Assembly (NCBI RefSeq): GCF_037042905.1 | Contig: NC_087245.1 | Location: 39,806,001 to 39,870,000, forward strand | Direction: 5' to 3' | Length of the DNA stretch: 64,000 nt | Origin: Lytechinus pictus | Taxonomy: Eukaryota | Shown here: positions 1 through 12,300 of the stretch, piece after piece | How the letters are laid out: the number at the start of each line of letters is the position of its first letter | How positions within the stretch are numbered: position 1 is the stretch's first letter | The notes under the pieces: generated by a model | What the model was told of the DNA's origin: nothing | The model's input: the letters and a program-made list of their open reading frames with translations, nothing else | Databases searched by the model: none | Translations under genes and position numbers: made by a program

Positions 1-2563
1 AATTACTATCCCTAACAGCAAAAACATTATCATAGGTGTTATATACAGGCCTCCGAGTTCGAATATTAAATCATTTTTAGATCATCTCTCAGACTTAGTT
101 AAAAATCCAATTTTTGATAATAAAAATTGCTTTATAATGGGCGATTTTAATATTGATTTATTAAAACAAAATAATGTCACACAAGATTTTTTGGAAACAT
201 TTTTATCCGCTTCTTACTTACCTTTAATATCTAAACCCACACGCATAGTCAATGAATCCGCTTCTCTTATTGATAATATTTTCTGTAACGTTCTTCCCCC
301 ACCCGATTCCTTCATATTACTCTCTGATATCACTGATCACTTCCCTGTCTCGACTAATTTCTCTTTAAAAGACAGATTCAATAACATATATAGCCGTCCA
401 TTAAAACGAAGAATAACACACGAAAATATAGCTCGTCTGGGTGCTAGTTTAGACGATGTTGATTGGTCTTGTGTCTTTGATAATAATGACGTAAACTTGT
501 CCTTTGAAAATTTTATGAACATTTTTAATTTACACTTTGACACTCATATTCCAAAACTTAGAGATAAGACATCTAACTACAAAAAAATCACCGAAGCTCC
601 CATGGATTTCCAAATCGCTCTTGCGTTCGATAAATAGGAAGAATAATTTGTATTATAAACATAAAATGAAACGCTCTGAGCAATCCAAACTTAAATATAC
701 TTCTTACAAAAATACATTGACAAAAATTATACGTTTAGAAAAGAAAAGATATTTTACAAACCAGTTACAACTTTACAAGCGTGATATGCAAAATACTTGG
801 AAAGTTTTAAAACAAGCAATGAATATATCAAATAACAAATCTAATATTACAAAAATTAGATCTGGCGATGTTATTTTTGAAGATTCCCACCAAATTTGTA
901 GTATCCTGAATAATCACTTTTCTTCAATTGGGGAAAATCTTGCAAGTAATATTCCTCCCGCAACAAAACACTTTTCTGAATTTTTAGGCCCACCAAATTC
1001 TAGTTCAATGTTTCTCGCTCCAACTTATAATCAGGAGATAATTAATATTGTCTCTGATTTTAGTTCTAAAAAAAGTACAGGACATGATGACATCAATAAT
1101 TTTCTTCTTAAGGGGGTAATATCGTCAATTGCGGATCCCCTAACTCATATTTTCAATCTGTCACTTCTTAACGGCATTGTCCCCGAGAGCATGAAAATTG
1201 CAAAAGTCATTCCCTTGTTTAAAAAGGGTGATAAATTAGATGTTAATAATTATCGCCCTATTTCTTTGTTATCTACATTGTCGAAAATACTTGAAAAGAT
1301 TATTTATAAAAGAACTGTAAATTTTTTCAAATCAAATAATATTCTTTCAAATTCCCAATTTGGATTTAGGGAAAAGCATAGCACCACACATGCTTTATTA
1401 AGTTTCATTGAAAAAGCGGCACATTCAATCGATAAATCTTCTCATTTAATTGGTTTGTTCCTGGACTTCTCCAAGGCCTTCGACACCATTAATCATGATA
1501 TTTTACTTAACAAATTACATCATTATGGAGTGCGTGGGAAGGCCTTGGAGTGGTTCAGGAGCTACCTCTTGAATAGGAAGCAATATGTCTTTTTAAACGC
1601 GGTTGCAATTCTCAAATGAAAAAAAATAATTGTGGAGTTCCCCAGGGTAGTATTTTAGGCCCGATTTTGTTTATAGTTTATATTAATGATTTTTGTAGAT
1701 CATCAGACGTTCTTTCTTTCATTCTCTTTGCGGACGACTCTAACTTATTTTTTTCACATAAAAATCCTCTTCACCTTGCTAATATAATCAACTCTGAACT
1801 AGAAAATGTTACCGAATGGATAAGAGCAAATAAATTGTCACTAAATCTTCAAAAAACAAAATACATGTTGTTTAGCAACTCCATAAATACACTTCCTGTT
1901 GATATTATTTTGGATGGAACTCCCTTGGAAAATGTATCCCATATTAAGTTTCTTGGAATAACAGTCGATAATAAGCTCTCATGGAAATTTCACATAGATA
2001 ACATATGTAAAACTATTTCACGCAACATTGGTATAATTAACAAGCTTAAATTTTGTTTACCATTATCGTCCCTGCTTACATTATATTCATCCCTTATATT
2101 GCCTTATTTAAATTATGGAATTTTAGCGTGGGGTAACACACAACAAACACTCTTAGACAAATTACTCCTATTACAAAAGAAGTCTCTACGTATTATATGT
2201 CACACGGCATATTTGTCTCATACTGACCCATTATTTTTTTAACATAGAATATTGAAAATTAAGGACTTATATTTGTTTAATCTCGGTCAGTTTATGTATA
2301 ACTATAACAACAACAACCTCCCAAATGTATTCAATTCAATGTTTCCAAAAAATCAATCCATTCACAACTATCCAACAAGGCGATTGGGTGAATTTCATTT
2401 ACCACTTTTAAGAACCTTGCGGGCTCAGAACACATTTATATACGATGGACCGAAGTTATGGAACTCACTTCATAATGATATAACAAATGCAAAATCTTTG
2501 AACTCTTTTAAGACTAAATTCAAATTATCTCTATTAAAACCTTATAATATACTCCCAAATTAA
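1..2563 (+). pseudogene. Disrupted ORF2 (endonuclease-reverse transcriptase) of the LINE at 1-3422
   Basis: Four ORF-track pieces (137-637, 537-1619, 1616-2242, 2252-2563) join into one ORF2 after a +1 frameshift near 591-597, a 2-nt insertion near 1599 and an in-frame TAA at 2240-2242. Confidence 0.88.
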
Positions 2564-3422
2564 TTTTAATTCATCATTTCTGTCAAGTCATCATCATTAT
2601 TATGTCAAGTCATCATCATTATTACTTTAAACTAAAATTAAAACATAAAATTATTATCCTTTTTTTTATTAAAAAAATCTGACACAAGTCCTTCTCAGAT
2701 GTGCTCATTATTGTGTCTATCCTCTCCTCTATTTTCTCCTCTCCAGTCCGCTTATCCGCCTTCCTACCGGTTATTTGTTTAACGGCATCAATCACATTTT
2801 TCGTGCATTATATTCTTTCCAGGTTATTTTATATATTTTTTCTCCTCTTATACACATCATTGAATCCAGTTTGCTTGAGTCCACGACGGCATGTGTTCTA
2901 TCTACGTACAGCAGCACCCATCCATCTTCTCAGGGCATTCTCCCCCTTTTTTTTCTTCTCAAGTTTTTCTGGGGGGGGGGGGGTGGGAAGGGTAGATATT
3001 TTTAGGACGGGTTGTTTTGTCCTTCACCAAACTGTATATTTTTTATTACTTTGTATTTATTTTGTGAGTATTTCCCTCTCATTTATTCATTCTTTTCTCA
3101 TTTGATTATCTGTATTTATACTTTGTTATTTTGTTATTTGTTGTGTTATCTATTTCTTGAGGGGCCCACATTGTACAAGCATTGCTTTTTAGTGGGTCCC
3201 TCCATTTCCATCTTAATTTAATTTCTATTGAAAAATAGTATATATATTTAAAACCTACAATGTGTTGCCCAAATCGTCTAAGTGTTTTTTTTTTCACTAC
3301 ATATGTATAATTAATTTTGTTTGCAACGGATACAAATATTTATGTTTTATATATGGTATACAATTTGTTTTTGTTTGATGGAAGTGAAATAAATGAATTT
3401 GAATTTGAATTTGAATTTGAAT
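1..3422 (+). mobile_element. Non-LTR retrotransposon of the CR1/L2 group (Crack/Daphne-like), 5' end outside the window; decayed ORF2, 3' UTR and (TGAATT)n tail
   Basis: APE motifs IIGVIYRPP (frame 2 from base 2), MGDFNIDLL, PTR..SLID, SDH-like TDHFPV. RT motifs NYRPISLL, QFGFR, LDFSKAFD, GVPQGSILGP, FADD. C-terminal HNYPTR...GPKLWN. AATAAA at 3388-3393 followed by tandem TGAATT to 3422. Confidence 0.9.
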
Positions 3423-3429
3423 CCTGCGA

Positions 3430-4010
3430 ATTCATAATTTTCATAAATGATATATTTTCAGCGAATTAGATAGCCATTCAGTTCATAATTTAAAAAAAAG
3501 CTTAGAACGGCCAGGTATCATCCCGGATATCAAAAATTTTCGGCTCGCGCTTCGCGCTCGCACTATTTATTTGGTGAGATATCATCTTCATAACCCAATT
3601 AATGGAAACAGCTGATCCTTAACAGGTCCCTTTTTCATTCAGTAGGGACTGCATATAAAATAAAATTAACTCGCAACTCTCGCTCGATTTTTTTTAAAAA
3701 TGTGTGTCATCCCCCCGGCCCCAAAATGTTTGTTTGCCTCATCCTAGGTTAAAAACCCTGGTGCCGTCATTGCCCCGGACCCGAACCGCATAGCACTGCC
3801 CCCCCCCCCCCAAAAAAAGTTCTACAACCGAGAACAAAAAAGAAATAATAAAAGGAAAGAAAGAAAAGGAAGATGAAAGATATGATGTCATTTTCTGCAT
3901 TCCATGTCAAAATCAATCTCAAAATTACAGGTGATTTTTTTTCGCTCACTTCGCTCGCTCGAGACTTATTATTAAGCAAATATTTGCTGCGTGCGCCATG
4001 GTGTGCCCCC
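3430..4010. repeat. Fragments of a dispersed repeat family carrying the GCTCGCGCTTCGCGCTCGC motif and poly-C tracts
   Basis: Motif at about 3543-3561 and a variant near 3943; the same motif recurs at 8360-9865, near 11935 and 24155-24715. Confidence 0.6.
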
Positions 4011-4259
4011 TCTTTTTTGTTCTAATCTCGCATTGAGCTTCGCCCTAATGTTCAGGGCATAATCATAAAATATCCTGGTCATACAATAATATGACCCCTC
4101 CATTCTCTTTCTCTCCCTTTCCCCCTCCTATTCTTTCCTATCTCTCCCTTTCGCTTCTCTCTCTTTTATTTTTGTCTTCTCTCTTTCTTTGTTGTTTTTT
4201 ACTCTACCCATTGGCGGCAACCCTAACGGATGGGGGGGACCGTGGTTCCCCATGCTTGA

Positions 4260-5020
4260 AATAGCCCGTATTCCTTGTTAATTTACCCCCCCCCAAATGT
4301 GCATGCGCTGGGTCAAGCTAGTGTGTATCTGGTTGCCCGAGTCCAGTTCTAAATGTTAGGATACGTGGTAACCCTGGCTAGACCGTCGGGATATCCCTCG
4401 GGGCTTCTTGAAAAAATAGTTTATTTTAATTGAAAAAATGCGATAAAAAGCCCTTTATTCCTTTAATTTTGTTAATTTGAGCCCCCTAAATGTGCATGCG
4501 CCGGGTTAAACTAGTGCTTATCTTGTTGCCCGAGTTCAGTTCTACAAGATAGGATACGTGGTTACCCTTGCTAGCCCGTCGGGATATCCCTGGGGGCCCC
4601 TTGCAAAAAATACTTTTTAAATTGAAAAAATGCAATAAATTGCCCTTTATTCCTTTAATTTTGTTAATTTGAGCCCCCTAAATGTGCATGCGCTGGGTCA
4701 AGTTAGTGCTTATCTTTTTGCCCGAGTCAAGTTCTACAAGATAGTATATGTGGTTACCCTAGCTAGGCCGTCGGGATATCCCTGGGGGCCCCTAGAAAAA
4801 AATGTTTTTTTTTATTGAAAAAATGCGATAAATAGCCCTTTATTCCCCTTAATTTTGTTAATTTGAGCCCCCTAAATGTGCATGCGCCGGGTCAAGCTAG
4901 TGCTTATCTTATTGCCCGAGTCCAGTTCTACAAGATAGGATACATGGTTGCCCTGGGTAGGCCGTCGGGATGTGGGGGCCCCTCGAAAAGAAAAAAAATA
5001 ACAATTTTCTGCCCTTTTAT
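4260..5020. repeat. Tandem repeat, about 193-bp unit, about 4 copies
   Basis: AAATGTGCATGCG anchors at about 4295, 4488, 4680 and 4874; units share GTTGCCCGAGTCCAGTTCTA and CCGTCGGGATATCCC. Confidence 0.9.
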
Positions 5021-5440
5021 TCACTGACGTTTGTCCCCTGAATGTCCTCTTACTAGGGCAGGCCAGTGACAGTGTTGTTATGGTTGCCCGAGACGTGCTG
5101 CACCTGTTTAACCCCCTAGTTAGCTTTCAAGACCCCTAATTTTTGAATATCGAATATCGAATATTGGTCCAACTTCACACGCGTTTGAATATCGAACCTG
5201 AATATCAAACCAACTTCACAGTTTGAATATCGAATATCGAATGCCGGTCTTCTTCTTGTTGTTGTTATAATGTTGGGTACCCGGGTCTGTTGACGTTGGC
5301 GCTATATCCATCGATTTCGATGATTTTCGCCAGGCTTGGTTTGAGAGCTTCGGCGTCGGCGTCGGAGCTTCCTGGAGTTAGCGGGCGCGGCGTACTGCTC
5401 CCTTCTTCATAATTATATGCCATCACGTGGTAGTTATAAA

Positions 5441-5760
5441 TAAGTGGTGGGAACGACTTATAAGTGGTGGGAACGACTTATAAGTGGTGGGAACGACTTA
5501 TAAGTGGTGGTAACGACTTATAAGTGGTGGGAACGACTTATAAGTGGTGGGAACGACTTATAAGTGGTGGGAACGACTTATAAGTGGTGGGAACGACTTA
5601 TAAGTGGTGGGAACGACTTATAAGTGGTGGGAACGACTTATAAGTGGTGGTAACGACTTATAAGTGGTGGGAACGACTTATAAGTGGTGGGAACGACTTA
5701 TAAGTGGTGGGAACGACTTATAAGTGGTGGGAACGACTTATAAGTGGTGGGAACGACTTA
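5441..5760. repeat. Minisatellite, 16 x 20 bp (TAAGTGGTGGGAACGACTTA)
   Basis: Sixteen consecutive units with no spacers; 14 identical, 2 (5501, 5641) with the same G>T change. Confidence 0.98.
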
Positions 5761-5802
5761 TTAAAAAAAAATGTTCATGCATGTCCCCTCTCGGGCTCCG
5801 TA
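5441..5802. mobile_element. Probable single end of an IS3EU-like DNA transposon with a subterminal tandem array
   Basis: The array is followed by a poly-A spacer and CATGTCCCCTCTCGGGCTCCGTA (ends 5802). TAY..RTA termini are characteristic of IS3EU. No partner end found. Confidence 0.45.
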
Positions 5803-6142
5803 TTCTTTTCATTCATTCTTTCTTTCTTTTTTTAACATCTTTTCTTTCCTTTTTTCCGATAGGATGTGTCTTTATAATCTTTCTTTGCGTTTTACGTTCA
5901 TTGATAATGCTTGCAACTCTTAAGAAAGACAATACGTTTTTTAGATTTCCGTAACTAAAACGGGACAATTATCAATACGTCTTCTTGTTTTTTTTTTGTT
6001 TTTTTTCCAGAATTCGATTTTTTTTCTTACAAGGTTCTTCTTTCTGATTTTTAGGTTTCTTGTTTGTTGAAATATATCATTTCAATTATTGCTGTAGAGC
6101 ATTGCACACAAAATCTCTTTCATAATAGACAATATGAATGTA

Positions 6143-6494
6143 TCATGGCGGCCTGGGGAGTGTTTCATCAACATTTTCATCCGACAAGTGGTCAGATCTG
6201 ACATCTTTCTCTGATGTTGATTGGCTGAGAGGTACTGTTACTATGGTAACTGTCGGATAAAATGGGACTTGTCGGATAAAACGTCCGACAAGTCCTTTCA
6301 TGAAACGCCCCCCTGGTTCTAAACAGAGTCGCAGCTGACGATCGTCTGTACAAATTTGTATTTGCAAATGACTTTGGCTCGTATGAAAAAATAGGTTGCA
6401 CGCGATCAAATTCCGATAGCAGCCATTTTGTCCTCTTAGAAACACACGCTTTCACTCCGGGTTCATTATTTTGTTTAGAACCAGGCCGCCATGA
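6143..6494. mobile_element. Small MITE with TIR TCATGGCGGCCTGGTTCTAAACA; left TIR interrupted by another MITE
   Basis: Left TIR 6143-6155 plus 6316-6325 is the reverse complement of 6472-6494; TA on both flanks. Confidence 0.75.
6156..6312. mobile_element. PIF/Harbinger-like MITE with CTG target-site duplication
   Basis: TIR GGGAGTGTTTCA / TGAAACGCCCCC; CTG at 6153-6155 and 6313-6315; relative at 22056-22228. Confidence 0.8.
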
Positions 6495-6854
6495 TACCAT
6501 GGCAATTGACGCCATCGCTTCGGTACTCTCTATAAACCGATATAACGTGTACTTAAAAAGCCATTAAGATAAAAAAAAAAAAATTGTGTTATGGACACGA
6601 CATTATGGGGGGTCAGTAAAGAATAAAATCCGCCCTAATTTCAAACCTTGCAATGCATGTAAAAACTATGGTCTTTTGGGCAGAATTCTATTTCACGAGT
6701 TCCATGTGTTATGTCCGTAACGCATGAACTGCCCATTTAAGCGTCTTTGTATATAGTGACCAAAAACGTCATGTCATTATATTGAGTATATCATCCTCAA
6801 ATTATGATCTATTTAAAATCAAGATGTATTGTACTGGCTCAGTGGGTAAGTCGG

Positions 6855-7265
6855 TAAATATTTATTGCCAATTTGTCCACTGCCAACTCGTCCACTCACC
6901 ACATTGTCTACCTTCATTTAGTCTAATGCCATTCCGTCTATCAATATTTCGTCTAAAAACTATTTGGTCCAATAACCATTTGGTCCAATCAATACTTCGT
7001 CTATACACCAGTTCGTCATTACCATTCCGTCTAAAAACCAGCTGGTCTAATACTCATTTCTTATTTTGCACAATTAACACTTTAGTTTAATTAGACCAAA
7101 TGGTATATGGACTAAATGGTTATTGGACCAACTGGCATTAGACTAAATGAAAGTAGACCATGTGGTGAGTAGACGAACTGATGGTAGACCAAAATAATGA
7201 TAGTAGTAATGTAGTAGTAATGATAGTAATGCCAATTGGACGAATATGCATTAGACGAATTGGAT
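6855..7265. repeat. Foldback (inverted-repeat) element built from short GTCTA/TAGAC subrepeats
   Basis: 6881-6930 (ACTCGTCCACTCACCACATTGTCTACCTTCATTTAGTCTAATGCC) is an imperfect reverse complement of 7134-7180. Confidence 0.75.
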
Positions 7266-7269
7266 AAGT

Positions 7270-7345
7270 CTTCGAACTCTGAACCTCAAGGTCCGAGGTT
7301 CGATCCCATCTTGAAACTTGCGTCCTTCAGCAAGGCGTTTATCAT
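7270..7345 (+). mobile_element. tRNA-derived SINE fragment
   Basis: B-box GGTTCGATCCC followed by GTCCTTCAGCAAGGC, similar to the SINE at 32254-32515. Confidence 0.55.
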
Positions 7346-7932
7346 ACAGCATCGAGCATCGGATCAGGGTTGTTTGTTAACATGAACCGGGGTTGTCGTT
7401 AAAAAACATAAATATGCCTTGTATGGCTTGCATATTTTACTAATTTATCATTAAATCTAATTTTCTTTTCTTAAAAAAAATGTTTTTATTGGGTCTTTAT
7501 GATTTAGTGTAACAAATCAGAGATAAACAATGTAATTTTGAAAAATAAATAAGAAAAAAAGAAACAGAAAATAAAAAAGCATGCAGCATATACACATTAT
7601 TAGTTTACATTGGAAACAGTACAAAACAAGTAGTTAATGTTGTCACTTTTGTCTCTTCTACGTATCCCCTTTAATATAGTAAAGGCAAGAATGTAATATC
7701 ACAGGAATAAAGATCTTAATTTTCTTTCTTTTTTATTCATAGGCCGTGGAAGATACTGCGAAAGAGATCTTCATCGATGCAACAGGAGATTCTTATATCG
7801 ATTCCCGAGCAAGTAAATTGAAATCATGCAGCGACAAAAACTACACAAGATAGACACAATTGGCATTAAAGCTAATACGGAACCTGAGCTTTGTATTCCA
7901 CCTCCTCAAGTCATCAATTTCTCATATCTGAC

Positions 7933-10122
7933 CACTAGCGTACCTAAGAGGGGGCAAGGGGCAGTCTGCCCCCCCCCCCCCTGACGAGTCACAAGCAACA
8001 ACAAAAAAGAGGAAGCGAAAAAATGGAAAGAAAAGAGGAAAAATGAAAGAGAGAAAAAAGGGGGAAGGGGAAAAGAAGAAAGAGTTTAAGAGAACAGAAA
8101 CTGGACTGCAGACTGTCGGGAAAAAAAAATAAACTGTCGGGCACACGGGGCTGTTCCAACTGATTCGTTTTTTACTTCCACCATCTTTGTCGGTAAATGT
8201 CAATTAAACTGTACACTTTTATCGGTAAATTGTGATTTTTACGCAATACGACTTTTAGAGCTCTCTGTATACCGATAGTGAGGACCGACTGGGCTGACCA
8301 GGGACAGGAAAAATGTAGAGAACAACTTTTAGGTAATATAGTTATAACAATAAAAAATTCGCTCGCGCTACGCGCTCGCATCAATTTTTTTAGTTGGATA
8401 CCTAAGATAAATGTCTAGTTTTCAGGTTGAAATATCAAAAATTTTCAGCTCGCACTTCGCGTCAATTAATTAGTTAGAAACCAATTTGTTCACAGTTACA
8501 AAAAGTGCTTATAATATCCAGTTCTTAGGCCTGAACATCAAATATTTCAGCTGGCGCTTCGTGCTCACATATAACTGTTTAGGTATATATCCATCCTGTT
8601 CATAGTTAAAAGAAGTGCTTAGAATTTCCAGTTTTTAGGTCGGAATATAAAAAAAATATCAAAAATATATCATTAGAAACCAATTTGTTTACGGTTACTG
8701 AAATTGCTTAGAATATCAAGTTCTTAGGTTGGAATTTCAACTCGAGCTTCGCACTCGCATAAAATTCCATCTTGTTCATAATTAAATGAAGTGCTTAGAA
8801 TGTAAAGTTTTCAGGTCGAAATATAAAAAATTTTCAGCTCGCGCTTCGCGCTCACACCAATTAAAGGGGAATCCAGCCTTGGCTATAAAATGTTGTGTAG
8901 GGAAGGAGAAAAATAAATTAAACAGAATGGTGAAAGTTTGAAAGAAATCGGACAAGCTATAAGAAAGTTATAGCTGCTTTAAAATTGAGATCACTAATAC
9001 TATGTAGATTTCAAATTGGCAACTGAGTAAGTAAATTATGACAAGGGGCAAGGACAACTTTCCCATAGGCCATGTACTTTATTATCAGGATTTTGTGGTT
9101 TTCTCCTAAGTACCCATTCCCCTTGGGCAGTAATCTAAATATAACCCAGGGAGTATATTGTTTTATGTCCTCATGAAAGAAAAATATAATTTGAAATAAA
9201 ACTTTTGGGGAAAATGACATTTTAGCCATAATATGTATTGGAGTACATGGAAGAGTAGTCCTTGCCTTACATCACTATGACTTCCCATATGCGGCCAATT
9301 TGAAGTCTCCATGGGTATAGTGATTACCAAAATTTATAACTTTTAAAAATTCATAACTTTCTTGTTGTTTGTCCAATATTGTTCAAACTTTCACCTATCA
9401 ACTTGTCTGATTTTTCTTTTCCTTATAAAAACAAGTTTTTATTTGGGTTGGATTCCCCTTTAATTGTTTTTAACTACCATCTTGTTCATAGTTTTTAAAA
9501 AAAAGGTGCTTAGAATGTCCAGTTTTCAGGGGAAATATCTCAAATTTTCAGCTCGCTCTTCGCGCTCGCATCAATTAATTTTTCTTAGAAACCAATTTGC
9601 TCATGGTTACTAAAAGTGCTTAGAATATCCAGTTCTTAAGTCGGAATATCAAAAGTTTTAGCTCGCGCTTCGCGCCCGCACGACTGTTTAGATACCCATC
9701 CTGTAAAACTGCTTAGAATGCCTAGGGTCCAGTAAGGAATATCAAAATTTTTAGCTCGCGCTCGCATAATTTATTAAGAAAGATACCCATCCTTTTCATA
9801 ATTAAGTGCACAAAATGTATCGTTTTGGGTCCAGATTTTCAGAAAAAAATCAGCTCGCGCTCGCAATTATTATTTTTATGTGTATTATTTTAGTGTAAAT
9901 TGTTAGGCACGTGTCAGTGAAAGTGAATAATTTTTTGGGGTGGGGCTTGTCAAATTTTTTGTAAACAATAATGTCCCCCTTGAAAATCCAGAATCTGCCC
10001 CTTGGTTGGATATAGATGAGTTCTGGTCGTCGGACGTCAGTAATCGGTACTGATATCTGTCGGTAATCAAGGTCCTCCACCCCCCCCCCCCCCCCACTGG
10101 AAAAGGCCTAGCTATACCCCTG
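7933..10122. mobile_element. Composite non-autonomous DNA-transposon region with internal tandem units containing GCTCGCGCTTCGCGCTCGC; interrupted at 8865-9459
   Basis: Start CACTAGCGTACC..GGGGGCAAGGGGCA; repeated GTGCTTAGAAT..CAGTT..CAGCTCGCGC units; end TAGCTATACCCCTG. Same motif family as 24108-25223. No TSD found. Confidence 0.6.
8865..9459. mobile_element. Kolobok-type non-autonomous element (family B)
   Basis: TTAA at 8861-8864 and 9460-9463; termini AGGGGAATCCA..TGGATTCCCCT; long imperfect TIRs. Confidence 0.85.
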
Positions 10123-10584
10123 CTTACACATTCCTCTGGTTATTACCGCCCCCCCCCCCCCTTTCTATCCTATATACCCGATCCCTTCGTCCGCCTATCT
10201 ATCTTTTTCCAATTTCAATTCCCTCAACCTTCTGACATTCCTGCCAGTGAGTGAGTGATTTTCCCCATATCTAGTAATATAATTATCATGTTACTGTCGC
10301 ATATATTTTCACGTTCATATTTATTTTTTATGAGTGAATGGATGCATTTATTTTTGTTTTTAACGGTGTATATGGAAATAAAACAAATGCAAATCAACAC
10401 ATGAATACAACTAATTTCATTGTAAAATACCTCTTTTATAACGTCTCCAAATGAGCAGAATTGGGAACATAATGTAACACCTTCAAAGAGGAATAAAAGA
10501 AGTATTTTAATATAAACATTGCAATTACCTCTTGATTAGAAATATATCGATCACGATCCAATACATTTCATTTCTGGAATGATA

Positions 10585-11621
10585 CAGCGCGTCCCAAAAA
10601 AAATGTCCCTCTGACATAGGACTGAATCAATTCTAAAATGTGGTAGTATTCTCAAATAAATGTTCATGAGTAGAAAGCTCATTTCATGATCTAACTTCTA
10701 TGAAAATTTCATTGGTCTCGCTTCAGCGGTTTTGAATACACACTCTGTTACGTAACAGTGGTGCATTTTAGCCCATTCCAAGTTTGCAGCATTGATGCAT
10801 ATCTGCATTGTCTATGGCATGTTAACCCCCATTTTTACATCCATCTGAGCAGGGACATTTCCCTAATCATATCCAGGCTCATCAAATTATAAACTTGGGC
10901 ATGTTCAGAAGAGCAAGAAATATAAAAAAATAAAGTTTTTTGATGATTGATAAGGGGAATCAGTGCACCAACTTGAAAGAAAATGTGAATGATGGATGAG
11001 TAAAATAAGCTCAAAAATAAAGGGGAATCCGCAAGTTAAACACCCTTTACGAAAAAGGAACTTTACCAGAGAAAATTTTGATTTTTTTTCATTTAAAAAG
11101 TTACATTGAATTAACTTGACCACAGTAGCTTATTAACTAAAAAAAACATTAATAAAAAAAATGCAGTCTTAAGCATGAATTAGGCATGAAACAGACATGA
11201 CCCGTTGTCTTTAATCATTGTGCATCTCCCATTTTCAAACATGAAATGAGCTGTCAAATATTGTTTTTGCCCTTCTAAACATGCTCAAAGTTGTGATTTG
11301 ATGAGCCTGGTTAGATCATGGAGATTTCCCTGGTCAGATCAGGGAATTCCTTGGTCAGTATGGTCAAAGGGGGTTGATATGCTAGAAAGTGCAGAACACA
11401 CAGTAGTGCTGCATGCATGCAAACTTGGAATGGGCTGAAAAGCACCACTTTTACATAATAGACTGTGTATTCAAAACCACTGAAGCGAGACCAATGACAT
11501 TTTTATAGAAGTTAGAACATGAGATGAGCATCCTAGTTAAATACATTTCATTGAGAATAATTTTTATTTTTTGAAGTAATTTAGCCCCATATAAGAGGGA
11601 CATTTTTTTGGGGACGCGCTG
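10585..11621. mobile_element. Tc1/mariner-type MITE with long (about 300 bp) imperfect TIRs
   Basis: TA|CAGCGCGTCCCAAAAAAAATGTCCCTCT ... AGAGGGACATTTTTTTGGGGACGCGCTG|TA. Confidence 0.88.
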
Positions 11622-12300
11622 TATACCAAAAAAAGAATTAATTTCGACAATAAAGTGCTATCGCCCGATAGCAAATATCAGTAGTCGCAAGATCCCAACT
11701 GTTTTATTAGGCAGCCCCTGGGTAACCTTTCCCACCTTCAGTGCCACTTCCAGACCTACACATCCAAATGTGTATGGGGGGGTGGGCTGCAAAATGCAGG
11801 TCAACGAGGACTGCGAGGTGCCCAACTATCCTCGTGTATTGGTAATTTTATGACCTAGTGTATAATTTCTGCACGTTTCACATCATGTAAAAAGGCTAAA
11901 TGATAATTTTTTTTCTTAAAAATGTTCGCTCTTTTCGCTCGCTCGAAAATTAAAAACTGAAGTTGATATTCGGGCAATGATTATCAGCCCCCCCCCCCTT
12001 GAAAAAAATGTGCCTATACGTCCATGCCTACTACGAAATATGCTAGGTACGCCATTGTATCTGACCATGCAGGTTCCTATAACCCATAACATCCATAATG
12101 CAGCATGTGTATATCCCCTTTCCAATATTGTACATTGGTATACTTTGTTGTTGTTGTTTTTTTACTGTTTTGCTTGTTTGTTTAATGAAATTTTACTCTG
12201 TACAAATTCATGTAATACAGCCCTTGGCTGCTAATTGAATTTTATCACAATAAATATCATTTATCTATCTATCTATCTATTCTAAGCAATGTATAGTCCC

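Noticed and set aside
2701..3297. Hydrophobic ORFs
   Set aside because: T-rich 3' UTR of the Crack-like LINE; compositional artefact.
5441..5760. CRISPR-like array
   Set aside because: Units are contiguous with no unique spacers, no cas genes are present and the context is eukaryotic; it is a minisatellite.
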